Shown here one piece after another: positions 1 to 15,686 of a stretch of DNA of 64,000 nt (position 1 is its first letter; each line of letters begins with the position of its first letter). Source of the stretch: Eledone cirrhosa (Eukaryota); the NCBI GenBank assembly GCA_964016885.1, contig OZ024741.1, positions 248,310,001-248,374,000 on the forward strand, in the 5' to 3' direction. The notes beneath the pieces are model-generated. The model did no database searches. It was not told the DNA's origin and saw nothing but the letters and a program-made list of their open reading frames with translations. Position numbers and translations under genes: made by a program.

Positions 1-140
1 TATATATATTAAATATATATATATATATATATATATATTAAATATATATATATATATATATATATTAAATATATATATATATATATATTAAATATATATA
101 TATATATATATATATATTAAATATATATATATATATATAT

Positions 141-183
<43 letters not shown>

Positions 184-387
184 CACTTTCATGTTACACA
201 CTATATATAAACTGGGATTTATATTTTGCGTTAGTGCCATATTAAGCTGACAACGATATATTCGTATCTTAAAAAATATTTTTTTTAGATCACATTGTTC
301 TAGATATTATTAAAATTATTAAATCTATTTTCAATTTGCACGAACACTTGCATATACTACATACATACATTTATATAGACACTAACA

Positions 388-776
388 CAAATATTAGCAT
401 ATACATAATTTCTTAGTCATTGAGGATGTGTTTTTATACATACATATGCATATTGCATACATACATACATACACACATACAAGCATATACATAGACATAC
501 ACACACACATATATACACACACTGTATATATATATATACATACACACACACACACATATATATATACACACACACACTATATATATATATAGTGTGTGGT
601 GTATATATATATATGTGTGTGTGTGTATGTATATATATACAGTGTGTGTATATATATGTGTGTGTATGTCTATGTATATGCTTGTATGTGTGTATATATG
701 TATGTATGCAATATGCATATGTATGTATAAAAACACATCCTCAATGACTAAGAAATTATGTATATGCTAATATTTG
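388..776. repeat. ~390-bp palindrome (MITE-like), also near 1477, 7860, 15143 and 21313
   Basis: CAAATATTAGCATATACATAATTTCTTAGTCATTGAGGATGTG ... CACATCCTCAATGACTAAGAAATTATGTATATGCTAATATTTG; centre is CACACTATATATATATATAGTGTG. Confidence 0.85.
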
Positions 777-1042
777 GGTTTCGGATGTAGCTTTTAATGG
801 TGGTTTAGTGTGCTTTTTATTGGGTTTTTAATGAGTTTTTATGAGCTTTTCAATGGAGTTTTTAATGGTGTTTATATATATATATATACATACATACATA
901 TATATGTATATATATATATTTACACATATATATGTGTATATATATATGTGTATATATATATTTACACATATATATGTGTATATATATATTTACACATATA
1001 TATGTGTATTAAATATATATATATATATATATATACATATAT

Positions 1043-1108
<66 letters not shown>

Positions 1109-1183
1109 TATATATATATATATATATATTAAATATATATATATATATATATATATTAAATATATATATATATATATATATAT

Positions 1184-1218
<35 letters not shown>

Positions 1219-1241
1219 TATATATATATATATATATATAT

Positions 1242-1280
<39 letters not shown>

Positions 1281-2954
1281 CACTTTCATGTTACACACTA
1301 TATATAAACTGGGATTTATATTTTGCGTTAGTGCCATATTAATCTGACAACGATATATTCGTATCTTAAAAAATATTTTTTTTAGATCACATTGTTCTAG
1401 ATATTAAAATTATTAAATCTATTTTCAATTTGCACGAACACTTGCATATACTACATACATACATTTATATAGACACTAACACAAATATTAGCATATACAT
1501 AATTTCTTAGTCATTGAGGATGTGTTTTTATATATGCATATTGCATACATACATACATACACACATACAAGCATATACATAGACATACACACACACATAT
1601 ATACACACACTGTATATATATATATACATACACACACACACACATATATATATACACACACACACTATATATATATATAGTGTGTGGTGTATATATATAT
1701 ATGTGTGTGTGTGTATGTATATATATACAGTGTGTGTATATATATGTGTGTGTATGTGTATGTATATGCTTGTATGTGTGTATGTATGGATGCAATATGC
1801 ATATGTATGTATAAAAAACACATCCTCAATTACTAAGAAAATATGTATATGCTAATATTTGTGTTATATATATATATATATGTATAACACAAATATTAGC
1901 ATATACATATTTTCTTAGTAATTGAGGATGTGTTTTTTTATACATACATATGCATATTGCATCCATACATACACACATACAAGCATATACATACACATAC
2001 ACACACATATATATACACACACTGTATATATATACATACACACACACACATATATATATATACACCACACACTATATATATATATAGTGTGTGTGTGTAT
2101 ATATATATGTGTGTGTGTGTGCCAAACCCCCCATTAAAACACAATTAAAACATCATTAAGAATGCCAATAAAAGCGCCATTAAAAACCACATTGGAAACC
2201 CATAAAAACCCAATTAAAACAAAATTAAAGTTTCCATTAAAAGTCCCCATTAAAACTCCATTAAAACCCCCATTAACCCCCCTCGAAAAGACATTAAAAC
2301 CTCAAATTTAAACCGAAATAAAAACTCAATTAAAACGCAATTAAAAACTCAATTAAAACACCATTAAAAACACAATTAAAAGCCCATTAAACCAATTAAA
2401 ATTGCATTAACACACCACTAAGGTTCCATTGGAAAACCATTAAAAATGTCATTAAAAACTACACTGAAAACCCATTAAACCCCCATTAAAAGCGCACCCA
2501 AAACTTTATAAAAAACCAAATAAAAACCCCATTAAAATACCATTAAAACGGCATAAAACACCATTAAAACTACATTAAAACTCAATTAAAAATTCCATTT
2601 AAATCTCCATTATAAACTCAATTAAAACTCCATTAAAACTCAATTAAAAACTCCATTAAAAACACACACACATGAAGTTACATGCTGGCTTGCACACTTA
2701 TAGCGATTGCTATTTCCTTTTAATTTCATTAAAACTAGGATGTTTTAGAAAGATAAAAACAAAACTGAATAATGAAGAGACTAGGGAGGGGTAAAGAAAG
2801 GCAGATCAGGCTGTAGAGGACAGTAGGGGGAGAAGAGGGAAGAGACTTGGGAGGGGTAAAGAAAGGCAGATCTGGCTGTAGAGGACAGTAGGGGGAGAAG
2901 AGGGAGAAATAAACTAAATTATAAACTAAGTTATAAACTAAATTATAAACTAAA

Positions 2955-3250
2955 TTAAAAACTCAATAAAATAAAATAAAATAAAATAAAATAAAATAAA
3001 ATAAAATAAAATAAAATAAAAAATAAAATAAAATAAAATAAAATAAAATAAAATAAAATAAAATAAAATAAAATAAAATAAAATAAAAAAAATAAAATAA
3101 AATAAAATAAAAAAAACTAAAAAATATAAATAAAATAAAATAAAATAAATAAAATAAAATAAAATAAAATAAAATAAATAAAAATAAAATAAAATAAAAA
3201 AAAATAAAAAAAAATTAAATATAAAAAATAAATAAAATAAAATAAAATAA
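2955..3250 (+). repeat. (ATAAA)n pentanucleotide tract, one per macro-unit (also ~10505, ~16635, ~22801)
   Basis: Direct reading; length varies between units. Confidence 0.95.
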
Positions 3251-6200
3251 GAAGTCAATTAAAAACTCAGTAAAAACTCAATTAAAAACTCAATTAAAAA
3301 CTCAATCGAAGCACCATTAAAACACCATTAAAAACTCCACTATAAACCCACTAAACCCATTAAAAACCAATTAAAAATTCAATTACACATCCCATTAGAA
3401 ATTTCATTAAAAACTCAATTAAAAGTTCCATTGAAAACACATTCAAAACCCATTAACCCCATATTAAAAGTTCATAAAACTCTATTAAAAACCCAATAAC
3501 AAACCAATTAAAACGCCATTAAAACGCCACAAAACACAATAAAATGTCATAAAAACGCCATTAAAACATCACAAAAAGCCCAATTAAAAAACCATTAATA
3601 ATGTCATTAAAAATTCCATAAAAATCCATTAAAAACTCCACTAAAAGCCCATTAAAAAGTTCATTAAAAGCCATATTATAAATTTCATAAAAAACAATTG
3701 AAAACCCCATTATTTATGAGCCTTTTTTTATGAGTTTTTAATAGTGTTTTAATTCAGTTTTTAATTGCGTTTAAAATTGGGTTTTAATGGCTTTTTAATG
3801 GTGTTTTAATGGGATTTTCGATGGTGTTTAATGGGTTTTTTATGGAGTTTTTAATTGGGTTTTCAATGGTGTTGTTTATGAGTTTTTAAATGGGTTTTTA
3901 ATGGAATTTTTGATTGCGTTTTTAATGAAATTTTTAATAGATTCAAGGATGTTTTAATGGAGTTTTTAATGGCGTTTTAATTGTGTTTTTATGGTGTTTA
4001 AATGCGTTTTAATGATTTTTAATTGGGTTTTTAATGGAGTATTTTTAATGAGCTCTTAATGGATTTTTCAATTGGATACTTAATGGGTTTTAATGGAATT
4101 TATAATAAGGGTTCTAATTGACTTTAAATATGATTTTTAATGGAGTTTTTAATGAAATTTCTAATGGTGTTTTTAATTGCGTTTCCCCCCGTGAGGGTTT
4201 TAATGGCATTTTAAATGACATTTTAATGAGTTTTTATGATGTTTTAATGGCGTTGTAATTGTTTTTTATTGGGTTTTTAATATAATTTTGTATGAGCTTT
4301 TAATGGGGGTTTTCAATGTTGTTTTTAATGGAGTGTTTAATGGAATTTTAATGGGGGTTTGATAAAAAAAAAAAATTGCTTTTTAATTTAATTTTTAATG
4401 CGTTTTTGATGGTGTTTAAGTGCGTTCACGATGATCTTTTTAATGGATTTTTAATGGGGTTTTAATTGAATTTTAATGGTGTTTTCAATGTAATTTTTAA
4501 TGATAGTTTAATGGTGTTTTAATGACGTTTTAATTGTGTTTTTTATGGTGTTTTAGTGACGTTTAAATAGGATTTTTAATTGGTTTTTTAATTGAGTATT
4601 TATATGAGTTTTCACTGGTGTTTTTAATGGGTTTTTCAATATTGCATTTAATGAAATTTTTAATATGGTTTCAAATGGAATTTTTAATGTGTTTTTAATT
4701 GGGTTTCTAGTGACGTTTTTAATGGTACTTTAAATGACGTTTTAATGACTTTTATGGCGTTTTAATGGGTTTTTTAATTGGGTTTTTAATGTAGTTTTTT
4801 AAAAGATCTTTACTTGGGATTTTATGGGTTTTCAATGCGGTTTTTAATGGTATATTAATGGAGTTTTTGGTGTGGTTGTTAATGGTATTAGTGACATTTT
4901 AATGTGTTTTTAATGGTGTTTTAAGCGAGTTTCTGATTTAGTTTAAATTTAAATATTTGATGGTCCTTCTAATGGGCTTTAATGGATGTGTAATGTGTTT
5001 AATGCAATTTTAATGGGGTTTAATGGGGGTAGTAGGTTTCAATGGGTTTTAATGGAGTTTTAATGGCTAGTGCTCTTTTTTTTAGAGTTTTTAATGGTGT
5101 TTTTAATGGTTTTTCATTGAGCTTTTAATTGCGTTTTTAATTGCGTTTTTAATCTAGTTTAAAAATTGAGTTTTAATGGGTTTTTCAATTAGGTTTTTAA
5201 TGGATTTTTAATGGTGTTTTTTACGGACCCTTTAATTTTTTATAATGGGTTTTCAATCCCGTTTTAATGGTGTTTTTTAATGGTATCCTTAATTACGCTT
5301 CGATAAGTTTCAATGTTATTTTAATGGGGTTTAGATTGATTTTTTAATGGAGTTTTTTTTAATGAACTTTTATTGGGGTTTTCAATCAGGTTTTTAACTG
5401 AATTTTTAATGTTTTTCAATTAGATTTTTTATGGAGTTTTTATGGGCTTTTTAATGAGTTTTTAATGGTGTGCTAATTGAGTTTTCAATTACCTTTTTAA
5501 TTGAGTATAAAATCGAGTTTTTACTAAGTTTTTAATGAATTTTTAATGGAATTTTAATGGGGTTTCCAATGGACTTTTAATTGTGTTTTAATGGGGTTTT
5601 AAAATTTGTTTTTAGTTGCATTTTTCAGGGGCTTTTAATGGGGCTTAATGGGGGTTTAATGGGGGATTTAATTGAGTTTTTAATGGAGTTTAATAGAGTT
5701 TATAATGGAGGTTTTAATGGAGTTTTTAATGAAGTTTTAATGTAGTTTTTAATGAGGTTTTTAATGACGATTTTAATGGCGTTCTTAATGGCGTTTTAAT
5801 GGTATTTTATGGCATTTTAATGACGGTTGTAATGGTTTTTAATGGAGTGTTAATTGGTTATTAATTGTATTTTAATGGGTTTTATGAGCTTTTAAATGGG
5901 CTTTTTAGTGGTGTTTTTAATGGAGCTTTTAATGGGTCTTTTAATGGAATTTGCAATGTAGTTTTTAATGGTGTTTTTAATTGTATTTTTAATGACGTTT
6001 TAATGGTGTTTTTTATGGCGTTTTAATAGGATTTTTAATTGGTTTTTTAAAGGACTATTATTATGGGTTTTTATGTAATTTTATAATGGGATTTTCAGTA
6101 GGGTTTTTAATTGGATTTTTAATGGAGTTTATAATATGTTTTTTAATTGGATTTTTAAAGAATTTATAATTGCGGTTTTAATATAGTGTTTAATGGAGTA

Positions 6201-7403
6201 TTTAATTGGTTTTTAATGGTAATTTTAATGGAGTGTTTAATGTGTTTTTAATGGGGGAGGAGGGGGGGTAAAATGCAGTTTTTAATTGAGTTATCAATGG
6301 AGTTTTTAATGACATTTTTAATGACGTTTTAATAGCGTTTTATGACGTTTTAATGACGTTTTAATGGTTTTTTTTTTGGGTTTTGGGAGTTTTTATGAGC
6401 TTCTAATTAGGTTTTAAATGGGGTTTTCAATGAGGTTTTTAGTGGAATTTTTAATGGGCCTTTAATGTATTTTTAATGGGATTTTAATGTTTTTTATGGC
6501 GTTTTTAATGGTATTTTAAATGCTGTTTTAATGTTTCTTTTATGGCCCTTTAATTGGGTTTTTGATTGAGTTTTTAATGGATTTTTTTTAACGAATTTTT
6601 TTTTAATGGATTTTTTTTAATGGATTTTTTTTAATGGATTTTTTTAATGGATTTTTTTAATGGATTTTTTAAATGGATTTTTTAATGGATTTCTTTAATG
6701 GATTTTTTTAAATGGATTTTTTAATGGATTTTTAATGGCTTTTTAATGGATTTTAATGGATTTTTTAAATGCTGTTTTAATGTTTCTTTTATGGCCTTTT
6801 AATTGGGTTTTTGATTGAGTTTTTAATGGATTTTTTTAACGGATTTTTTTTAATGGATTTTATTTAATGGATTTTTTTTAATGGATTTTTCTTAATGGAT
6901 TTTTTTATGAAGTTTAATGGGTTTCCAGTGTGTTTTAAATGAAGTTTTTGATAATATTTTTAATGAAATTTTAATGGCGGTTATGGGATTTTAATGGGTT
7001 CTGGTGGTATTTTTGTGGGTTTTAATGGGGTGTTAAATGGTTTTAATGTTGTTTTACTTGCGCTTTCGATTACGTTTACAATTAAGTTTTTACTGTTTTT
7101 AATTGGATTTTTAATGGATTTTAATGTGGTTTTTAATGGAATTTTAATGGTGTTTTAATATAGTTTTTAATGGGTTTCGGATGTAGCTTTTAATGGTGGT
7201 TTAGTGTGCTTTTTATTGGGTTTTTAATGAGTTTTTATGAGCTTTTCAATGGAGTTTTTAATGGTGTTTATATATATATATATATACATACATATATATG
7301 TATATATATATATTTACACATATATATGTGTATATATATATGTGTATATATATATTTACACATATATATGTGTATATATATATTTACACATATATATGTG
7401 TAT

Positions 7404-7443
<40 letters not shown>

Positions 7444-7444
7444 T

Positions 7445-7512
<68 letters not shown>

Positions 7513-7562
7513 TATATATATATATATATATATATTAAATATATATATATATATATATATAT

Positions 7563-7597
<35 letters not shown>

Positions 7598-7616
7598 TAT
7601 ATATATATATATATAT

Positions 7617-7659
<43 letters not shown>

Positions 7660-8252
7660 CACTTTCATGTTACACACTATATATAAACTGGGATTTATAT
7701 TTTGCGTTAGTGCCATATTAAGCTGACAACGATATATTCGTATCTTAAAAAATATTTTTTTTAGATCACATTGTTCTAGATATTATTAAAATTATTAAAT
7801 CTATTTTCAATTTGCACGAACACTTGCATATACTACATACATACATTTATATAGACACTAACACAAATATTAGCATATACATAATTTCTTAGTCATTGAG
7901 GATGTGTTTTTATACATACATATGCATATTGCATACATACATACATACACACATACAAGCATATACATAGACATACACACACACATATATACACACACTG
8001 TATATATATATATACATACACACACACACACATATATATATACACACACACACTATATATATATATAGTGTGTGGTGTATATATATATATGTGTGTGTGT
8101 GTATGTATATATATACAGTGTGTGTATATATATGTGTGTGTATGTGTATGTATATGCTTGTATGTGTGTATGTATGGATGCAATATGCATATGTATGTAT
8201 AAAAAACACATCCTCAATTACTAAGAAAATATGTATATGCTAATATTTGTGT

Positions 8253-8284
<32 letters not shown>

Positions 8285-8357
8285 CGCACACACTATATAT
8301 ATATATATATATATACATACACACTATATATATATATATACACACACACTATATATT

Positions 8358-8402
<45 letters not shown>

Positions 8403-8873
8403 CAATATTAAATAAATGGAAAACTATATTTATAAAACCATATTTATTTCATTATATATATTTCGGGGATATCATATTAACAATATGCTATGCCTTCATC
8501 AGACAAAATACAATATAAACAGTTTTATAGATAAATATATTCGACATACCGTAATAAACATCAACTTCATTTGAAGAGGTTCACTCTAGCAGTGAAAATA
8601 CAGAGAGAAAGAAAGAGAGAGAGAAAAGAGGGAAATAAGAAAGAAAGAAAGACGAAACGAAGAAAAGGAAGAAAAAGAAGAAAAAGAAGAAATGCATGGG
8701 ACAAAATAGAGAGATGGAAAAATAGATAAAGCGAAGAGCTTCATGTAAAGAGACCGAAAGAGATATATATATATATAGAGAGAGAGGAAATAGAGATAGA
8801 TACATATATAAATATAGATATAGAAAAATTAGGTAGTGGGAGGTCATTTTGAGTAAGTGTATCAATGATGCAT

Positions 8874-8908
<35 letters not shown>

Positions 8909-9512
8909 GCTCAAGTATTAATGTAAGGGAGATATAGAGAGATATAGAGAGATATAGAGAGAGAAAAATTTAAAAATAGCCAGACATATTCGAGGCGTAG
9001 AAAACCCTATGTTTTAATGTATTAGTATTTATAAAACTTACACTATATTGTAAATATCAGTATTCCTGAATGAAACAAGTATTCACAATGCGTGAAAATT
9101 CATTATCTTATGTTTAGTTTTTTAAAAAATTCATATGTCTATGTGAATCCAACTGATTCACTCCGCAAATTCAAAGTTACCGGAAAACATTCTCAATGTG
9201 GTATAAACATTTGAGCGTATTATTATTCTTGCGATTACTCTACAAGATTATCTATCAAGCAGAAATAGAGAGCAGATTTCAATATACTAATCGAAAATAT
9301 ATATTATATTATAAGCAGAGATAACAATAATAATGATAATAAGTAAAAATATATAAAAATATAAAAAAATATAAAAATATAGAATAGAAAACTAAAAAAG
9401 AATATTACGAAAGAATATTACATAATAAAAATATTGCATATTAAAAATACTATGTTTTAAAATTATTACGTATTAAAACTTTACATATAAAAATATTAAA
9501 AATAAAAATAAA

Positions 9513-9544
<32 letters not shown>

Positions 9545-12500
9545 TATATATATAAATCCCATTAAAAACCACATTAAAAATTCAATTAAAAATCTATTTT
9601 GAAAAACCCATTAAAAACCCCATTATAAGCTCATAAAACACTCCATTAAAACCCCAACCAAACCCCCCATTAAAACACAATTAAAACATCATTAAGAATG
9701 CCAATAAAAGCGCCATTAAAAACCACATTGGAAACCCATAAAAACCCAATTAAAACAAAATTAAAGTTTCCATTAAAAGTCCCCATTAAAACTCCATTAA
9801 AACACCCATTAAACCCCCCCATCGAAAAGACATTAAAACCTCAAATTTAAACCGAAATAAAAACTCAATTAAAACGCAATTAAAAACCCAATTAAAACAC
9901 CATTAAAAACACAATTAAAAGCCCATTAAACTAATTAAAATTGCATTAACACACCACTAAGGTTCCATTGGAAAACCATTAAAAATGTCATTAAAAACTA
10001 CACTGAAAACCCATTAAACCCCCATTAAAAGCGCACCCAAAACTTTATAAAAAACCAAATAAAAACCCCATTAAAATACCATTAAAACGGCATAAAACAC
10101 AATTAAAACTACATTAAAACTCAATTAAAAATTCCATTTAAATCTCCATTATAAACTCAATTAAAACTCCATTTAAACTCAATTAAAAACTCCATTAAAA
10201 ACACACACACATGAAGTTACATGCTGGCTTGCACACTTATAGCGATTGCTATTTCCTTTTAATTTCATTAAAACTAGGATGTTTTAGAAAGATAAAAACA
10301 AAACTGAATAATGAAGAGACTAGGGAGGGGTAAAGAAAGGCAGATCAGGCTGTAGAGGACAGTAGGGGGAGAAGAGGGAAGAGACTTGGGAGGGGTAAAG
10401 AAAGGCAGATCTGGCTGTAGAGGACAGTAGGGGGAGAAGAGGGAGAAATAAACTAAATTATAAACTAAGTTATAAACTAAATTATAAACTAAATTAAAAA
10501 CTCAATAAAATAAAATAAAATAAAATAAAATAAAATAAAATAAAATAAAATAAAATAAAATAAAATAAAATAAAATAAAATAAAAAATAAAATAAAATAA
10601 AATAAAATAAAATAAAATAAAATAAAATAAAATAAAAAAAAATAAAATAAAATAAAATAAAAAAAACTAAAAAATATAAATAAAATAAAATAAAATAAAT
10701 AAAATAAAATAAAATAAAATAAAATAAAATAAATAAAAATAAAATAAAATAAAAAAAAATTAAATATAAAAAATAAATAAAATAAAATAAAATAAGAACT
10801 CAATTAAAAACTCAGTAAAAACTCAATTAAAAACTCAATTAAAAACTCAATCGAAGCACCATTAAAACACCATTAAAAACTCCACTATAAACCCACTAAA
10901 CCCATTAAAAACCAATTAAAAATTCAATTACACATCCCATTAGAAATTTCATTAAAAACTCAATTAAAAGTTCCATTGAAAACACATTCAAAACCCATTA
11001 ACCCCATATTAAAAGTTCATAAAACTCTATTAAAAACCCAATAACAAACCAATTAAAACGCCATTAAAACGCCACAAAACACAATAAAATGTCATAAAAA
11101 CGCCATTAAAACATCACAAAAAGCCCAATTAAAAACCATTAATAATGCCATTAAAAATTCCATAAAAATCCATTAAAAACTCCACTAAAAGCCCATTAAA
11201 AAGTTCATTAAAAGCCATATTATAAATTTCATAAAAAACAATTGAAAACCCCATTATTTATGAGCCTTTTTTATGAGTTTTTAATAGTGTTTTAATTCAG
11301 TTTTTAATTGCGTTTAAAATTGGGTTTTAATGGCTTTTTAATGGTGTTTTAATGGAATTTTAATGTGATTTTCGATGGTGTTTAATGGGTTTTTTATGGA
11401 GTTTTTAATTGGGTTTTCAATGGTGTTGTTTATGAGTTTTTAAATGGGTTTTTAATGGAATTTTTGATTGCGTTTTTAATGAAATTTTTAATAGATTCAA
11501 GGATGTTTTAATGGAGTTTTTAATGGTCTTTTTAATGGCGTTTTAATTGTGTTTTTATGGTGTTTAAATGCGTTTTAATGATTTTTAATTGGGTTTTTAA
11601 TGGAGTATTTTTAATGAGCTCTTAATGGATTTTTCAATTGGATACTTAATGGGTTTTAATGGAATTTATAATAAGGGTTCTAATTGACTTTAAATATGAT
11701 TTTTAATGGAGTTTTTAATGAAATTTCTAATGGTGTTTTTAATTGCGTTTCCCCCCGCGAGGGTTTTAATGGCATTTTAAATGACATTTTAATGAGTTTT
11801 TATGATGTTTTAATGGCGTTGTAATTGTTTTTATTGGGTTTTTAATATAATTTTGTATGAGCTTTTAATGGGGGTTTTCAATGTTCTTTTTAATGGAGTG
11901 TTTAATGGAATTTTAATGGGGGTTTGATAAAAAAAATTAATTGCTTTTTAATTTAATTTTTAATGCGTTTTTGATGGTGTTTAAGTGCGTTCATGATGAT
12001 CTTTTTAATGGATTTTTAATGGGGTTTTAATTGAATTTTTAATGGTGTTTTCAATGTAATTTTTAATGATAGTTTAATGGTGTTTTAATGACGTTTTAAT
12101 TGTGTTTTTTATGGTGTTTTAGTGACGTTTAAATAGGATTTTTAATTGGTTTTTTAATTGAGTATTTATATGAGTTTTCACTGGTGTTTTTAATGGGTTT
12201 TTCAATATTGCATTTAATGAAATTTTTAATATGGTTTCAAATGGAATTTTTAATGTGTTTTTAATTGGGTTTCTAGTGACGTTTTTAATGGTACTTTAAA
12301 TGACGTTTTAATGACTTTTATGGCGTTTTAATGGGTTTTTTAATTGGGTTTTTAATGTAGTTTTTTAAAAGATCTTTACTTGGGATTTTATGGGTTTTCA
12401 ATGCGGTTTTTAATGGTATATTAATGGAGTTTTTGGTGTGGTTGTTAATGGTATTAGTGACATTTTAATGTGTTTTTAATGGTGTTTTAAGCGAGTTTCT

Positions 12501-14662
12501 GATTTAGTTTAAATTTAAATATTTGATGGTCCTTCTAATGGGCTTTAATGGATGTGTAATGTGTTTAATGCAATTTTAATGGGGTTTAATGGGGGTAGTA
12601 GGTTTCAATGGGTTTTAATGGAGTTTTAATGGCTAGTGCTCTTTTTTTTAGAGTTTTTAATGGTGTTTTTAATGGTTTTTCATTGAGCTTTTAATTGCGT
12701 TTTTAATTGCGTTTTTAATCTAGTTTAAAAATTGAGTTTTAATGGGTTTTTCAATTAGGATTTAATGGATTTATAATGGTGTTTTTTACGGACCCTTTAA
12801 TTTTTTATAATGGGTTTTCAATGCCGTTTTAATGGTGTTTTTTAATGGTATCCTTAATGACGCTTCGATAAGTTTCAATGTTATTTTAATGGGGTTTTGA
12901 TTGATTTTTTAATGGAGTTTTTTTAATGAACTTTTATTGGGGTTTTCAATCAGGTTTTTAACTGAATTTTTAATGTTTTTCAATTAGATTTTTTATGGAG
13001 TTTTTATGGGCTTTTTAATGAGTTTTTAATGGTGTGCTAATTGAGTTTTCAATTACCTTTTTAATTGAGTATAAAATCGAGTTTTTACTAAGTTTTTAAT
13101 GAATTTTTAATGGAATTTTAATGGGGTTTCCAATGGACTTTTAATTGTGTTTTAATGGGGTTTTAAAATTTGTTTTTAGTTGCATTTTTCAGGGGCTTTT
13201 AATGGGGCTTAATGGGGGTTTAATGGGGGATTTAATTGAGTTTTTAATGGAGTTTAATAGAGTTTATAATGGAGGTTTTAATGGAGTTTTTAATGAAGTT
13301 TTAATGTAGTTTTTAATGAGGTTTTTAATGACGATTTTAATGGCGTTCTTAATGGCGTTTTAATGGTATTTTATGGCATTTTAATGACGGTTGTAATGGT
13401 TTTTAATGGAGTGTTAATTGGTTATTAATTGTATTTTAATGGGTTTTATGAGCTTTTTAATGGACTTTTTAGTGGTGTTTTTAATGGAGTTTTTAATGGG
13501 TCTTTTAATGGAATTTGCAATGTAGTTTTTAATGGTGTTTTCAATTGTATTTTTAATGACGTTTTAATGGTGTTTTTTATGGCGTTTTAATAGGATTTTT
13601 AATTGTTTTTTTTAAGGACTATTATTACGGGTTTTTTATGTAATTTTATAATGGGATTTTCAGTAGGGTTTTTAATTGGATTTTTAATGGAGTTTATAAT
13701 ATGGTTTTTAATTGGATTTTTAAAGAATTTATAATTGCGGTTTTAATATAGTGTTTAATGGAGTATTTAATTGGTTTTTAATGGTAATTTTAATGAAGTG
13801 TTTAATGTGTTTTTAATGGGGGAGGAGGGGGGTAAAATGCAGTTTTTAATTGAGTTATCAATGGAGTTTTTAATGACATTTTTAATGACGTTTTAATAGC
13901 GTTTTATGACGTTTTAATGACGTTTTAATGGTTTTTTTGGGGGGTTTTGGGAGTTTTTATGAGCTTCTAATTAGGTTTTAAATGGGGTTTTCAATGAGGT
14001 TTTTAGTGGAATTTTTAATGGGCCTTTAATGTATTTTTAATGGGATTTTAATGTTTTTTATGGCGTTTTTAATGGTATTTTAAATGCTGTTTTAATGTTT
14101 CTTTTATGGCCTTTTAATTGGGTTTTTGATTGAGTTTTTAATGAATTTTTTTTAACGAGAATTATGAAGTTTAATGGGTTTCCAGTGTGTTTTAAATGAA
14201 GTTTTTGATAATATTTTTAATGGAATTTTAATGGCGGTTATGGGATTTTAATGGGTTCTGGTGGTATTTTTGTGGGTTTTAATGGGGTGTTAAATGGTTT
14301 TAATGTTGTTTTACTTGCGCTTTCGATTACGTTTACAATTAAGTTTTTACTGTTTTTAATTGGATTTTTAATGGATTTTAATGTGGTTTTTAATGGAATT
14401 TTAATGGTGTTTTAATATAGTTTTTAATGGGTTTCGGATGTAGCTTTTAATGGTGGTTTAGTGTGCTTTTTATTGGGTTTTTAATGAGTTTTTATGAGCT
14501 TTTCAATGGAGTTTTTAATGGTGTTTATATATATATATATACATACATACATATATATGTATATATATATATTTACACATATATATGTGTATATATATAT
14601 GTGTATATATATATTTACACATATATATGTGTATATATATATTTACACATATATATGTGTAT

Positions 14663-14700
<38 letters not shown>

Positions 14701-14701
14701 T

Positions 14702-14738
<37 letters not shown>

Positions 14739-14836
14739 TATATATATATATATATATATATTAAATATATATATATATATATATATTAAATATATATATA
14801 TATATATATTAAATATATATATATATATATATATAT

Positions 14837-14943
<107 letters not shown>

Positions 14944-15536
14944 CACTTTCATGTTACACACTATATATAAACTGGGATTTATATTTTGCGTTAGTGCCAT
15001 ATTAAGCTGACAACGATATATTCGTATCTTAAAAAATATTTTTTTTAGATCACATTGTTCTAGATATTATTAAAATTATTAAATCTATTTTCAATTTGCA
15101 CGAACACTTGCATATACTACATACATACATTTATATAGACACTAACACAAATATTAGCATATACATAATTTCTTAGTCATTGAGGATGTGTTTTTATACA
15201 TACATATGCATATTGCATACATACATACATACACACATACAAGCATATACATAGACATACACACACACATATATACACACACTGTATATATATATATACA
15301 TACACACACACACACATATATATATACACACACACACTATATATATATATAGTGTGTGGTGTATATATATATATGTGTGCGTGTGTATGTATATATATAC
15401 AGTGTGTGTATATATATGTGTGTGTATGTGTATGTATATGCTTGTATGTGTGTATGTATGGATGCAATATGCATATGTATGTATAAAAAACACATCCTCA
15501 ATTACTAAGAAAATATGTATATGCTAATATTTGTGT

Positions 15537-15568
<32 letters not shown>

Positions 15569-15640
15569 CGCACACACTATATATATATATATATATATAC
15601 ATACACACTATATATATATATATACACACACACTATATAT

Positions 15641-15686
<46 letters not shown>

